A stretch of DNA of 64,000 bases from Orbicella franksi (lineage: Eukaryota). Every line of letters starts with the position of its first letter. The stretch's first letter is position 1. Under the pieces are notes generated by a model. It was given only the letters and a program-made list of their open reading frames with translations, was not told where the DNA came from and made no database searches. Below, piece by piece: positions 21,801 to 32,800 of the stretch. Where the stretch lies: positions 5,456,001-5,520,000 of the forward strand of contig OZ116705.1 of assembly GCA_964199315.1 (NCBI GenBank), read 5' to 3'. Both the position numbers and the translations under genes were made by a program.

Positions 21801-23637
21801 GGTGTTTAATCCTAGATTAGCGTAATAGGCCTAGAGTATTTACAGATTTCATCGTATTTTTATTCAATCGTTGAACGCGCGGATAAAACCACGAGAGAAT
21901 TGAATGCCAGTGCAAAACGGGAGACATGACAGGGTATGGGGTAGGGACCGAGAAACTGATAGATTCTTCGTTTGGCTCGTTTCGTTCGCCTCCCCACCCT
22001 TACCCCCGCGTGCCTCAAGCTCGCTTCGTTCGCTTTTTCTTTCGCTTGCGTCGAAAAATAAAGAGACTGTGAACAGTTTATTATAGGCCAATCTGTTTTG
22101 ATAATTATAGTATCGTTTCTGTCCGGTCCATAGGAAGCGTACTGCCCAGGAATTGGATACCGATGCCAACTGATGACAAGGGAAATGATGTCACCGTTCA
22201 TCTGGTGAAACTATCGAGCTCGTCGCCTGAGTACCGGGACGTTGAGAAAAAATTTAATGAAACCGTCTATATCGAGAAAATCAAGAGCATCGAGCGAATA
22301 CAAAATCCTTATCTCTACCAGGCTTACCAACTACGGAAAATAAAGATGGACCGTGAAAACCCCCAAGAAAACAATGAGAAGGGATTGTTCCATGGCACCA
22401 ATTCAGCCAACATAACGAAAATCAACACTCAAGGATTTGACAGAAGTTTTACAGGATCTGCACACGGTGAGAGGTTTATGCTTTTAACCCTTTGACGCCC
22501 AAGTAGCCATATATGGCCACTTAATGGTCGTGCTCTTTGTACTACTTGCGACGTCATCAATTTAAATATCACCTGATATTATTGATAAGCAGATGGTAGT
22601 ACTAGGCTAGGCCTTCCCGCACAATGGTCAGGTTTAGATATCGACGACATTCCGATGTCGCAAATCGAAAAACAACCTTATCAGTTTCGGTGCAAAAGCG
22701 GTGGTAAAATGGTCCACGCTTATGCGCATGCCCGGAATTAAAATTTTGCTCAATTTTGTACCTAATCCTCGAAAAATCTCTCCTTTTAGTAAAAAAAAAG
22801 CTTTCTTAACAAAACTTAGGCTTAATTAGCGTCATGGCAGCTAAAAAACCTGCCTAACGGTTAAAAACGGTATTTTTTGACGAAAGTTTGGTATTCAAAG
22901 GTTTAAGTAAATTCCAGGGGCTGATACAGGATTTTTCAAGGGGATTGGGGGGGGGGGAGGGGTGTTGGCTGGTATCTTGGGGTTTGAGAATCAACGGGGC
23001 ATCCCCCAATATGTGACAATTTGAGAAATGGAACCTAATTGAATACTGTTACACCAGAAATATTAGCAATCAGCACAAAGTAAAAATTATGATGAAGCAC
23101 CTGCCCAGGAAGTTTACCTTTATTTCTTTCATGATATTCACAACTGTTTTCAATTAAGTTTTCTTAATTTTAGTTCCTCCAAAGAGGGAGTGGCTAACCA
23201 CCCAACTTACCTTCTCTAGATACGCCCCTAAACTCAGTTAATAGCTAAGTTTTATAGACAAAGAGAATTGTATCACATACTTCACTTTTAACTGTAGTCT
23301 GCACTTTCCCACTAAATAACTAGACTTTCCCACTAAATAACAAAATGCGTATTACATCTATGTTTCAGGAGCTATATACGGTACAGGAGTGTACTTCGCA
23401 AGAGATGCCTCCTATTCTATGGATTACACTGGGGGCAGTCGGAGGGTTATGTACCTCGCCCGGGTCCTAGTGGGGCGATATTGTAAAGGGAGCCCGAACA
23501 TGAAGAAGCCTCCGCCCATAAACCCCAAGCAGCCAGAGATCCTGTTTGATTCCATGGTGAATGACATGAAGTTCCCTTCAATCTTTGTCACATATTATGA
23601 CAATCAGTGCTACCCGGAATATCTTCTTACTTTCTAG
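18736..23637 (+). CDS. PARP gene B: Pro-rich N-terminus + mono-ADP-ribosyltransferase, ~408 aa
   Basis: Exons 18736-18850, 20762-21271, 22134-22466, 23369-23637; GT-AG, all phase 1; sum 1227 nt in frame; exon-by-exon paralog of gene A. Confidence 0.85.
19267..19775 (+). repeat. Two-copy tandem duplication, ~254-bp period, in gene B intron
   Basis: TGAACTTAG at 19267 and 19521, followed by near-identical sequence. Confidence 0.9.
19765..20041 (+). repeat. Dispersed repeat, partner of 15883-16135
   Basis: See 15883-16135. Confidence 0.85.
20431..20695. mobile_element. MITE, GGGACTCCCATAT-type family
   Basis: GGGGACTCCGATGT...GGTGCTCGTCGTACC / TATGCGGGAGTTCCCCCC. Confidence 0.75.
20762..21271 (+). 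CDS. Gene B exon: Pro-rich tandem repeats
   Basis: SPSPPHVQQT and PPPLPPK repeats; acceptor TTTTAACAG, donor AGAG|GTAAAA. Confidence 0.85.
21832..22080 (-). mobile_element. Uninterrupted copy of the MITE that hosts the RTE
   Basis: Reverse complement reads ...TTTTATCCGCGCGTTCAACGATTGAATAAAAATACGA..., matching the rejoined 2822-2834 / 5999-6020 flanks. Confidence 0.85.
22134..22466 (+). CDS. Gene B exon: PARP catalytic domain, N-terminal half
   Basis: LPRNWIPMP...IERIQNPYLY...LFHGT...GFDRSF; donor CACG|GTGAGA. Confidence 0.95.
23369..23637 (+). CDS. Gene B last exon: PARP catalytic domain, C-terminal half
   Basis: GAIYGTGVYFARDASYS...IFVTYYDNQCYPEYLLTF*. Confidence 0.95.
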
Positions 23638-24135
23638 AATGAAAATGACGTCAATTTATAGAGTTAATTATTCACAACAGTTGCACATTTTCACCACGGA
23701 AATTGACCTATATAATGCTCGGGTTGTCTTCCTTGCGGTGGTAAAGAACAATTAGAAAATTAACTAAGCGTCTTCTAGCCAAGCTACATCCTTCAAACTC
23801 GGCGAATGCAATCTTCCACTCAGCATTTTAACGTTGCAATTCACAAATTGTGTAAAATTCAGTTTGGAAAACGTTATTTGCCTTCGCATTCCCATACAAA
23901 CACTATAACTTCTGACCGCTTTGCCTACTCGTCAAGGTAGCGTCGAAAACCGTGATAAGCCCTCTTGTCTGGAAAATTCTTTTGCTAAAATCTAATCACT
24001 GGAAAGTACAATACTAATGTTAATGTGTTTTAGTCAACTTAATTTTTGCTGATTTTGTTTTACCAGTAATCTCTATTATAATATCCAATGAGGTAATTTT
24101 TATAGCAAGTTATTGTTTTACATGCCATGTAAGTA

Positions 24136-24694
24136 CAGTAGAATCCCGGTAACTCGAACTTCGATAACTTAAATTTCTTGCTAACTCGAACTGAATTTCT
24201 TTTCCCTTGATAAAATTTACTCCGATAACTCGAATTCTGGTTCATGTAGCTCGCCAGGGACGTCATCCCATTAGCTTTTCTTATCGTGTCATCGGTAAAA
24301 ACACTCAAAACTAACACCACAGCAATTTGATTTTAATAGGCCCTTTGTACGATCCGGTCACATGGTACGGAATAAATTATGCTGGGACGCAAGTTGCACA
24401 GTGGGACTTCTAAAACAAAGGAAAGTCGGACCGGACTGGTACGAGTTCCTTTGTTTTGGAAGTCCCACTGTGTAACTTGCGTCCCAGGATAATTTATTCC
24501 GTACCATGTGACCGAATCCTGCAAAGGGCCTATTAGTGCAACAGACCGTGCCTTTAGCTGTCACCGTATAGTGAGGCGCTGAAAAATCAGTAAACTATCA
24601 ATTATTAACATGGCGAGTTGGATATTCAGTAGACCCCGCTAACTCGAACTGTTTTTCGTTTCCCTTCAGAGTTCGAGTTACCAGAGTTCTAATG
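24136..24694. mobile_element. TA-flanked Tc1/mariner-type MITE carrying a nested foldback element
   Basis: TA|CAGTAGAATCCCGGTAACTCGAAC ... GTTCGAGTTACCAGAGTTCTAATG|TA. Confidence 0.75.
24334..24535. mobile_element. ~200-bp foldback (near-perfect palindrome) MITE
   Basis: TAATAGGCCCTTTG...CACATGGTACGGAATAAATTAT mirrored by ATAATTTATTCCGTACCATGTG...CAAAGGGCCTATTA. Confidence 0.85.
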
Positions 24695-24879
24695 TAGTGT
24701 TTAGTAGCTTTTATATTTGTGAAGGTCAGGGCTTACACTTTTGTATATCTATTTTGTCAAACTTTTGAACTTTGGTACTGTAATTAATTAATTAGTGATA
24801 ATTTATTGGAGGGCGTCAACAGTTTCTATTGTGTAAATATGCCACTGGTGTCACTCTCATTGAATAAAGCTTACGCCCC

Positions 24880-25264
24880 GGGGGGGGGGGGGACTCCCAT
24901 ATGGACTGGACGGGGATGCTCATCGGAAATTTTAAATTTAACCCCTAAAGGAGACCAATCTGGGCGTGGCCGAAGCTTATGCAGACCTCTAAAAGAGACC
25001 AGTTTATAAAACAGACAAATAAAAAGTACAGTGACTTTTAATCAATTTTTATTGAATTTGTTTATATGAATTGACTAAATATAAAGAATCAAAATTCTTT
25101 CTGTTTTGTTATTTCTTCGCGTGCAACCCTTAACGAGACCTTGACGGCTAAAAATGATGACATTTTGCCCAGAACATCCTAAGCGAGACCAAAATCCGAA
25201 ATTTACACCCCTAAGCGAGACGACGAGCATCCCCGTCCATTCCATATGGGAGTTCCCCCCCCCC
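24880..25264. mobile_element. MITE, GGGACTCCCATAT-type family (subfamily shared with 32938-33332)
   Basis: GGGGACTCCCATATGGA / TCCATATGGGAGTTCCCC. Confidence 0.8.
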
Positions 25265-26290
25265 GGGGCTTACGTACCTTTTCACTCTTACTAGTTTATC
25301 AATTCCGTATCCTGCCACGCTTTTGGCTATATCCCGCCATCCCGCCCCACTCAGAATGTTTATCCAGACCCCGCCTGATTAGAGTCACAGGTCTCCGCGT
25401 CACGTCCGTAACCTGTGATTTACTGCTTTTCATTCCGCATCCCGCTGTCAATTTTAAAAACTAATCCCGCATCCAGCCTGTTGACAAGAGCAAAACCCGC
25501 TCCCGCCGAAGAAATTTTATCCCTCATCCCGCAATTAAAATTTCTGACATCCCGCATCCCGTCCCCATTTTAACTCTCATCCCGCATCCCGCCAGACCTA
25601 TGATGGACTTGTAGGAATTTTTTCCGGGTTGCCCAATTAGCATACGACTTTAGATGAGACGTCATGCAAGATACGAACTGACTCCTGACATTGAAGATGC
25701 TTGGTGATTTCTTAGATTTTTTAGATGCTTGATGATTTCTTATTGAAGGAAATACGAATAAATGTTTTCAAAAACAGCAATATTTGAATTTCTGGGCGGC
25801 AAAAGCGCTAATAGGCCCACACAAAGACAATACATTCATTGCAAAAGTTTAGTTTTTGAACACGCGTCACGCAACAAGTGATTAATACATCGGGCTCCGA
25901 AGAGTGTCCGAAGTTCTTCGTTCCATACCCTCTCAACATTCAAAGATTGAAGCGTTTATGTCAATAAGGTAAATATTGTGAACAAAGACCCCGCTATTTC
26001 AATTTTATTCTCGGGGAAGGGAGGTTGATGAGATAGAGATTGTCCCCTTCAGTTCAGCCAGTAGCTTTTACCAATTTCAGCCGCTTTCCCTAAATCAGTA
26101 AAAAAAAAAAAACAGAAAGTAAATTTGTTCTTAACTTTGTCATTCTTTTAGGCTCATACTGCGTCTAATATACCGTGAATATACCAGAAAGACAGGTTAT
26201 TCTTGATCAGATGGGAAGCGGAAGTCGCTTGTCGCCGTTGTGATTTGGCTCGTTCCCAGTCTCTCTTTCTCCTGATATTTTTCCTAGAAA

Positions 26291-26417
26291 ACCGGAAGAA
26301 GACGATAATTTCATTCAAAACACCAAAGTGAAACCGCAACACGGCAAATTCCATGTTGGTTTATCTTTCGTAAGAAGCATTGAAACCGACCAGTTGCAAG
26401 TTTATACAGATCAGAGG
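26291..26417 (+). promoter_or_regulatory. Candidate promoter / non-coding first exon of gene C, with ETS-like and IRF-like motifs
   Basis: Strong donor CAGAG|GTAAGT at 26417; ACCGGAAG 26291; AAAGTGAAACC 26325-26335. Confidence 0.35.
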
Positions 26418-26846
26418 TAAGTTATTAAGGATCTGTAAGGATGATTTTAGCCTAACTTCATGATCAAGTCGCCTTGTGTTGACTCAGTGTTTTCGTTTAG
26501 GTTTGTTTATGAACGAAGTCGATGAATTTGTTTCCTCTGTAACAAATATATTATATGCGCTTACTAGGTTCACTTACACGCCTGCAGAAGTAATTTAGAC
26601 TCATGAAGCCGTAGCTATTTGTCCGGTAATCCTTCCAGGAAAACTATTGGCGAGGGCTGCACGTTGATTTCGATTTTTGGCATTAAGGTGGATTATAAAT
26701 ATGAAGTTCTTCAAATGTAGCTGAAATAAGTGAATATGATACGTTTCACTTTCTATAAAGTTACTAACATGTAACACCACGCTTCCATTTAGAACTTCCT
26801 CCGGTTTCAAAGCCACTGGAGCGAGATTTTAACAGTTACATCGGCG

Positions 26847-26868
26847 ATGGACAACTCTTTCTATCATG
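26847..26868 (+). CDS. Gene C initiating micro-exon MDNSFYH
   Basis: GCGATGG Kozak context; donor CATG|GTAAGT; phase 1 matches the acceptor at 27975. Confidence 0.7.
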
Positions 26869-29800
26869 GTAAGTGAGTGAAATTCGAAGATCAGGTAAAA
26901 ATGTAGTTATGTGTTTAGCCATGCGATAGAATTATTCGACAGTGGTGTTGTGAGAGAATGTTTAGTTAGATATTACTTTTGATTTTACTGTATGGCTTAC
27001 TAAACTATTATTAGCGGGAAAAGCGATTTATTTAGCTAGTTTCGGTCAGTTCTGTATCATATATTCATCATGTTTTCGTTGCAATCAAAGATACATTCAA
27101 GAGCTACCCAGTTCCCGTAATGGATGCAACGTTCTGCGTGGAATAAATGTTTAAAATTTGAAAATCACTCAATGCTTGTTGTCAATTTTAGTTGTCCCTT
27201 TCAGTCTATTTAAATAACGTTGTTTTGTCGCCGCCGTTAAAGGGTAATCCCCCTGTTTGTGGAGGGGAAATTTATTTCCCAAGGCGGAAGTAATGTGATA
27301 TCGTACACCAAATTTTTCTTTTCTGCAATTGCTATCATTTTTGCTTCATTAGGTGAGGGCTAAAACATCCAAAATGAACCTGATACTGGGAAACAGCAGA
27401 ATGCACTAAATAAATCTAGTACCTCGAGTACTGCTGAATATCTCCAAAAATATTTATTCATGAACACACTGACTGTATGTCACATCACAATCGTAATTAT
27501 CTTAAGACCGAAAAATTGACTGATAAACAGACAGACGGCACTGTTCTACGGGATTATAGCACAATGAAAACCAAAACATAATGGCCGAACGGCCAACTCT
27601 TTGACAGATCGAGCGCCGATATGAAAGAGACACAGTCTAACGCGTGGGATCCCTTTGTCCTTCGGGATTTCTAAACGAACTCAGTCACGAATTCTCAGAC
27701 GGTCCAGGTCTCTCGCGGCCATGCACTCTTTCTGTGCGTGGCTGCGAATGACCTGGACCGTGTGAGAATCAGGCTACGAATGACGTGTCTATATTTCACG
27801 TTTATTATTGGAATTTTGTATCAATTTTCGCTTATCTCAAATATCCGGATTAGTTTTTAGTTCTAGTCAAACGTTACCTTTCCTTCGATTGAAGTCAATT
27901 TTGTTCATCACTCTTATAATGTGTATGAGTGACCATGACGTTCCAAAATATCATTTAATGAACTTTGATTTACAGAGGATGAATATGAAGAAGAAGTGGA
28001 AGAACAAGACGAAGATTTCGAAGAAGAGGAAGATGATTTTGATGTCAGTCGCTTTGTTGAGTCAGAAGATGACAATGGGGAAGAGAAGGCTAAAAATAAT
28101 TTGACAGCGGAGTCGTCATCTGTTACTGGCAAGAACGTACAAGACGAAGACCCCGAGGAGATGGACGAAAAACTGAAAAAGCTTGTGGAAATTTTCAGCT
28201 GTTTGCCACCAGTCCTGATCAGAAGAGTTCTAAATCGCGATGACGTCAAGGGAAACGTTGAAATAGCAAGCCAGCGGCTACAGGAATTTCAAGATATGGA
28301 AAATCCACTGGACATATTCGAAAGCCCACCGACAGTCAAGCCCTTGACAGGTACTGTAGAGGAAACGAGTTCTAGAAGAACTGATCAGCCGAGGAATTTC
28401 CGAGGAAAAAAGAGGAGAAATAGGATTAGAAGCGACAATGACATGCCCAAGGAACATGGAGAGATACAAGACTTGAGAAGAGATAGCTTTGACGATACCA
28501 GGGCGGAAAACAGGGGCGGTTACCAAGGTAATCGAGGCCAAAATGCAAAGCAAAGAGGAGGGTACAGGGGAAGGTCAAGAGGAGCACCAAGGGGAGGTTC
28601 CAGAGGCGGTTTTGCACAGGGACAAAGTGACTACCAAGGATTCAGAGATAATGATGTGGGATTGTCTCAAGGATGTGGATTTGGTGGCGACGACAACTTC
28701 CAGCCTCAACGAGGACATGGAAACCGCGGTGGTCGAGGACATCCACCGAAACCGAAGCCAAAGAACAGGGGTCGAGGCTGCAGGGGAAGAGGTAGTAATT
28801 ATCAGACACCTGGCGAAAGTTTCCAGCATGGCGATCAGTTTTGTTATGGCGATTCTCAGCCTCAATTCAACCCAAGGCAGCGTTATCCAGAGAGAGGTGG
28901 AGCCAGCCAACAGAATCAACGAAGGACTTCTGACGGTAGTGCGGTGAAACGCAGTGCTGATAACGACTCTCTACTAGGTCCATTTGGGGGAGATGATCCA
29001 AACAGACGCGGTCAAAGAAACCGCGGGAGGCCTCGAAATAATGGCAACAGAGGGCGTGGTCAGGGAGGAATGAGACGTGCGCAGAGCTTGTCGAGTGCCA
29101 CAGAGAGTGGTGACCAGAACTCCGGTCAGGCTGGATCAAATGTAAAAGAGCAGTCTCGATTTGAACGGAATCAGTTACTCGTTTGTGGACTGAGTGGGTC
29201 AACGACTGAAGAATGCGTGACGAACTTCATCGAAGTTATGAGCGGTGAAGAGGTGAAGGAAGTAACGCTGAGAAACGACAAAGCCCTGGTCACAATGGCC
29301 AACGACATAACAGGTTAGTCAAGTTGAGTTGTTATTTCACAGTTCATTTGGAGATATCTTCTGTATCGTTATTTTTCTTACTGTCAGCCTATTTCAACCC
29401 GCCATCTTTTGAGTCCAATAGGGTCTAACCTTGAAATAGGAGTTGGAATTTTAAGCTGATTTCAATTCAATTTCCGCTGCAGTGAAATCAACATTGGTCA
29501 ATGTTGTTTTTCCATAAGGTTCTCCCGCGCATGGAAATATTTCAGCAACGAGCACGAAGTACAGCAACATCACTATTTTGTGAAAAATTGTGTTTCTGAA
29601 TACTAAAGTATGATATACTAGGGGAAAACTCTCCTATAAGTCTCCAATGTTATTATAGTCAATGAGTTTTCTGAAGTTTGTTTGTTTCTTACAATAGACC
29701 CTTTTAGCTTGGGTGGTATGTTTTCCCATCACAGACCACGTGATATTCTCTAGAGAATTTTTCTTTTATCCATCTAAAAATTATTCATTCGTATACACAG

Positions 29801-32800
29801 GGCTATTTGAAAACTTGAAAGCAAGAATTCTCATGAGTCTGATCATCACATGGTCTGAAATGGGGCAACAAACCACCCATGCGAAAAAGGTCCATTGTAG
29901 TTGTACTGTAAATTAGCTTCAGTTGGTTTTACATGGGAAGGCGTCATGAATTTACTTATGTTTTTATTCATATTAGATTTTAGTAGAATTAAGACAAAAG
30001 GCGAAAAAAGAGGCTTAAATTCAGCAAAGGTTACCATCGAACAAGTTGCTGTCTGTTCAAGCATTGTCGTCAGCGGCATTTCGGATAATACTACCCATGA
30101 TGCCATTGAACTACACTTCGAAAGTCGAAGAAACAGTGGGGGTCCTGTGGAAAGCGTACATTTTGTACCTAACAGTGGTAGAGCTGTGGTTGTGTTTGAA
30201 GATTCAAAAGGTTTGTAACGCAATTGTAACTAACGGCTCCGGTTAGCAGCCTTTTGTTGACAGCTCTTTAGACAGGATATTCAGAGCCCATGCAGACTGC
30301 TAGCAGCCGGACATTCCTCTCAGGGTCCGACGAGGGTCTATCTGCGAAGGCAAACGCAAAGGGGCCGGTTGTAGACGAAAGTGCTTGGCGCGCCCATATC
30401 TTGTGCCAATCTCTAGGAGAGAAAGAAAGATTGCAAACGGTCTTGGCTTCAATTTGGCCATGGGATAGCCTCAACTACAAATTTCATTCCAAAACTTCCC
30501 CCTCCCTTTTGTTTTTGCTTACAGTCGAACCTCTGTTAGCGCTTGCGAGCACCTCTCGTAAGCGACCACCTCTCCTCAGCGACCAGTTTTCCAAAATACC
30601 AAAAGTTTCCAAGTCAAATCACTATATTCGGAACCTTCTTTCAGCGACCACCTCTCGTAAGCGACCGCCACCACTTTCAGAGCTAAACGTTTAAAACTTT
30701 CTTTTGTTTTTAACCTTCTGTAAGCGACCATCAGACAGACAATGGAGCATAAGGTGTTGTGTTAAACATTATATTATCGCATTCCTGGGTAGTTCAAGAG
30801 ACGGGAATTTCTCAATGGGGAATACTATTTTTTTTCTCGAAATTGATTTTCACATGAATAAAACAATTAAAACATGGGGTAAGTCTCTGCAGTTACCATA
30901 TGCCAATGAGGCAAAATTTTGACCCAATATGGTCAAAGCTCTTGTAGGCGACCACCTCCCTTAAGCGACCACCTAGACTTGACATTTTTTGTAGTCGCTT
31001 ACGGGAGGTTAGACTGTATTTGCGGTTCTGGAGGGAAGCCGCCGGAAAAATTAAAAGGAATCATGTTTCTAAGCTATTTAATTTCCATTTATTGTAGTCA
31101 TTGTACGGTTCTTCGAGTATAGAGATTTTATTTTTTCGTTTACAGATATGGAAAGAGTTTTAGCCAGACAGGGAGAAAAACCACATGTCTTAAATCAAAC
31201 GCAACTGTCAATCAGAATCTACAATGAGTTTTTCGAAAGTGAGGAGGATGACGTGCCAGACGATTCAGCTGGACTGGCGGCTACCTCAGACAGTACCGAA
31301 CAAACTCAAGTCAGCCAGCAGTCCAAAGCGAATTCGCAGCAGTTGCACATAGCTGTAGACCCGGATGTAATGGAATTCGTCACCACTTCAGTATTTCATG
31401 ATAAGCTGAAAAATTCCCTGGCAGCGAAGAAGAGTGAAATTACCTGGAAACCGAACAACAAAATGGCTGTAATAGTGTACCAGGGAGGAGACGACAGTGA
31501 TTCGTGGCAGTCCGAGTGCATTGATGAAGTACAAAATTACTTCGGCAAATTTGCGAAGCACGACGTTCAAGTCAACAAAGATTTCTGGGGAGCCGTGGTG
31601 TCACAGTTATCCACTATTCTCGCCTGCTTGGGAGTAGATCCTCCGCTGGTCAAACTTATCGATGATTCTTTTGTTGCCAGAATTGTTTCCCTGAGCTCAG
31701 ATGTGAAAGATTATGAAGAGAAGTTGAAATCAAAATTGGAGGAGATATACCGGGAGGAGACCAGAAAAACTTACCTGAAGAAAAAAGTACCAAACGTTCC
31801 TGAGGAACGCTTAATTCTGTTGAAGAAGATCAAGTTTGTGGAGAAACTTCAAGAGAAGAACAAGGAGCTGGAGATAAAGTTGGACACTGAAGGTGAAGAA
31901 ATCTATTTTGAAGGCCCTCAGCCACAGTTTACAGAAGCAACTATGAAGTTTTACAAACAAATGTCCGACATGGTTGAAAAGACTTTGACTCTATCCGACC
32001 GCATCTTAGAAGTTTTAGGCTCGGACGAAGGGTTAAAGAAAGTGAAATGTGAGTTGGAAAACAACAATGTGGAGGCAGTGTTCGTCATTGACAAAGACGC
32101 CAAGATCGTGGGGACGTCAGCTGCGCATGCGGACAATGCCGCAAGGCTCGTGAACAAGCTGATGTTGGAAGAAAAAGTCCAAGTGGATGATAAGAGCAAA
32201 TACTTATTGAAATCAGCAGAATGGCGCAGGTTGTGTGACGAAATCAACACTGAAACATCTGTCCGTATCCATAGGAACAACTGGAATGACACCTACGTGG
32301 CTGGGTTCCGGGATGACGTCATAGAGGTGATGAAGAAGCTCAATACGTTTTTAGAGAGCAACTGCATCAGGAATGAACGTTTTGTATGCTCGTCTCAGAT
32401 TGTCAGAAGGTATGTTGCCGAGCTTTGTCAGGAAGATTTACGCTCCATTGAAAATCAACTGAAAGATTTTGAAGTGAAGATTAACAAAGGAAAAGGCGAT
32501 GATGATTTTGACATTTCTGGAAACAAAGAAGGCTTGATTCGTGCGAGAAAGAAGCTTGGCGCTCTCATAAAGGACACTGCGTCTGAAACATTTGACGTGA
32601 AACAGCCAGGCCTTCGGAAGTTCTTTGACAGTGGTAAAGGAGATCGTCTTGTTAAATCAGTGGAAAAGGACCATAGCTGTGCGATTCAAGTCAAGAATTT
32701 TGGCCAAAGGTGGGATGACTCGCGCAGCCAAGCAGCGGCTGTAGATTCTGCTTCGTCTGGAAGTGACGATGATGACAGTGATGTTGATGATGAAGGTGAC

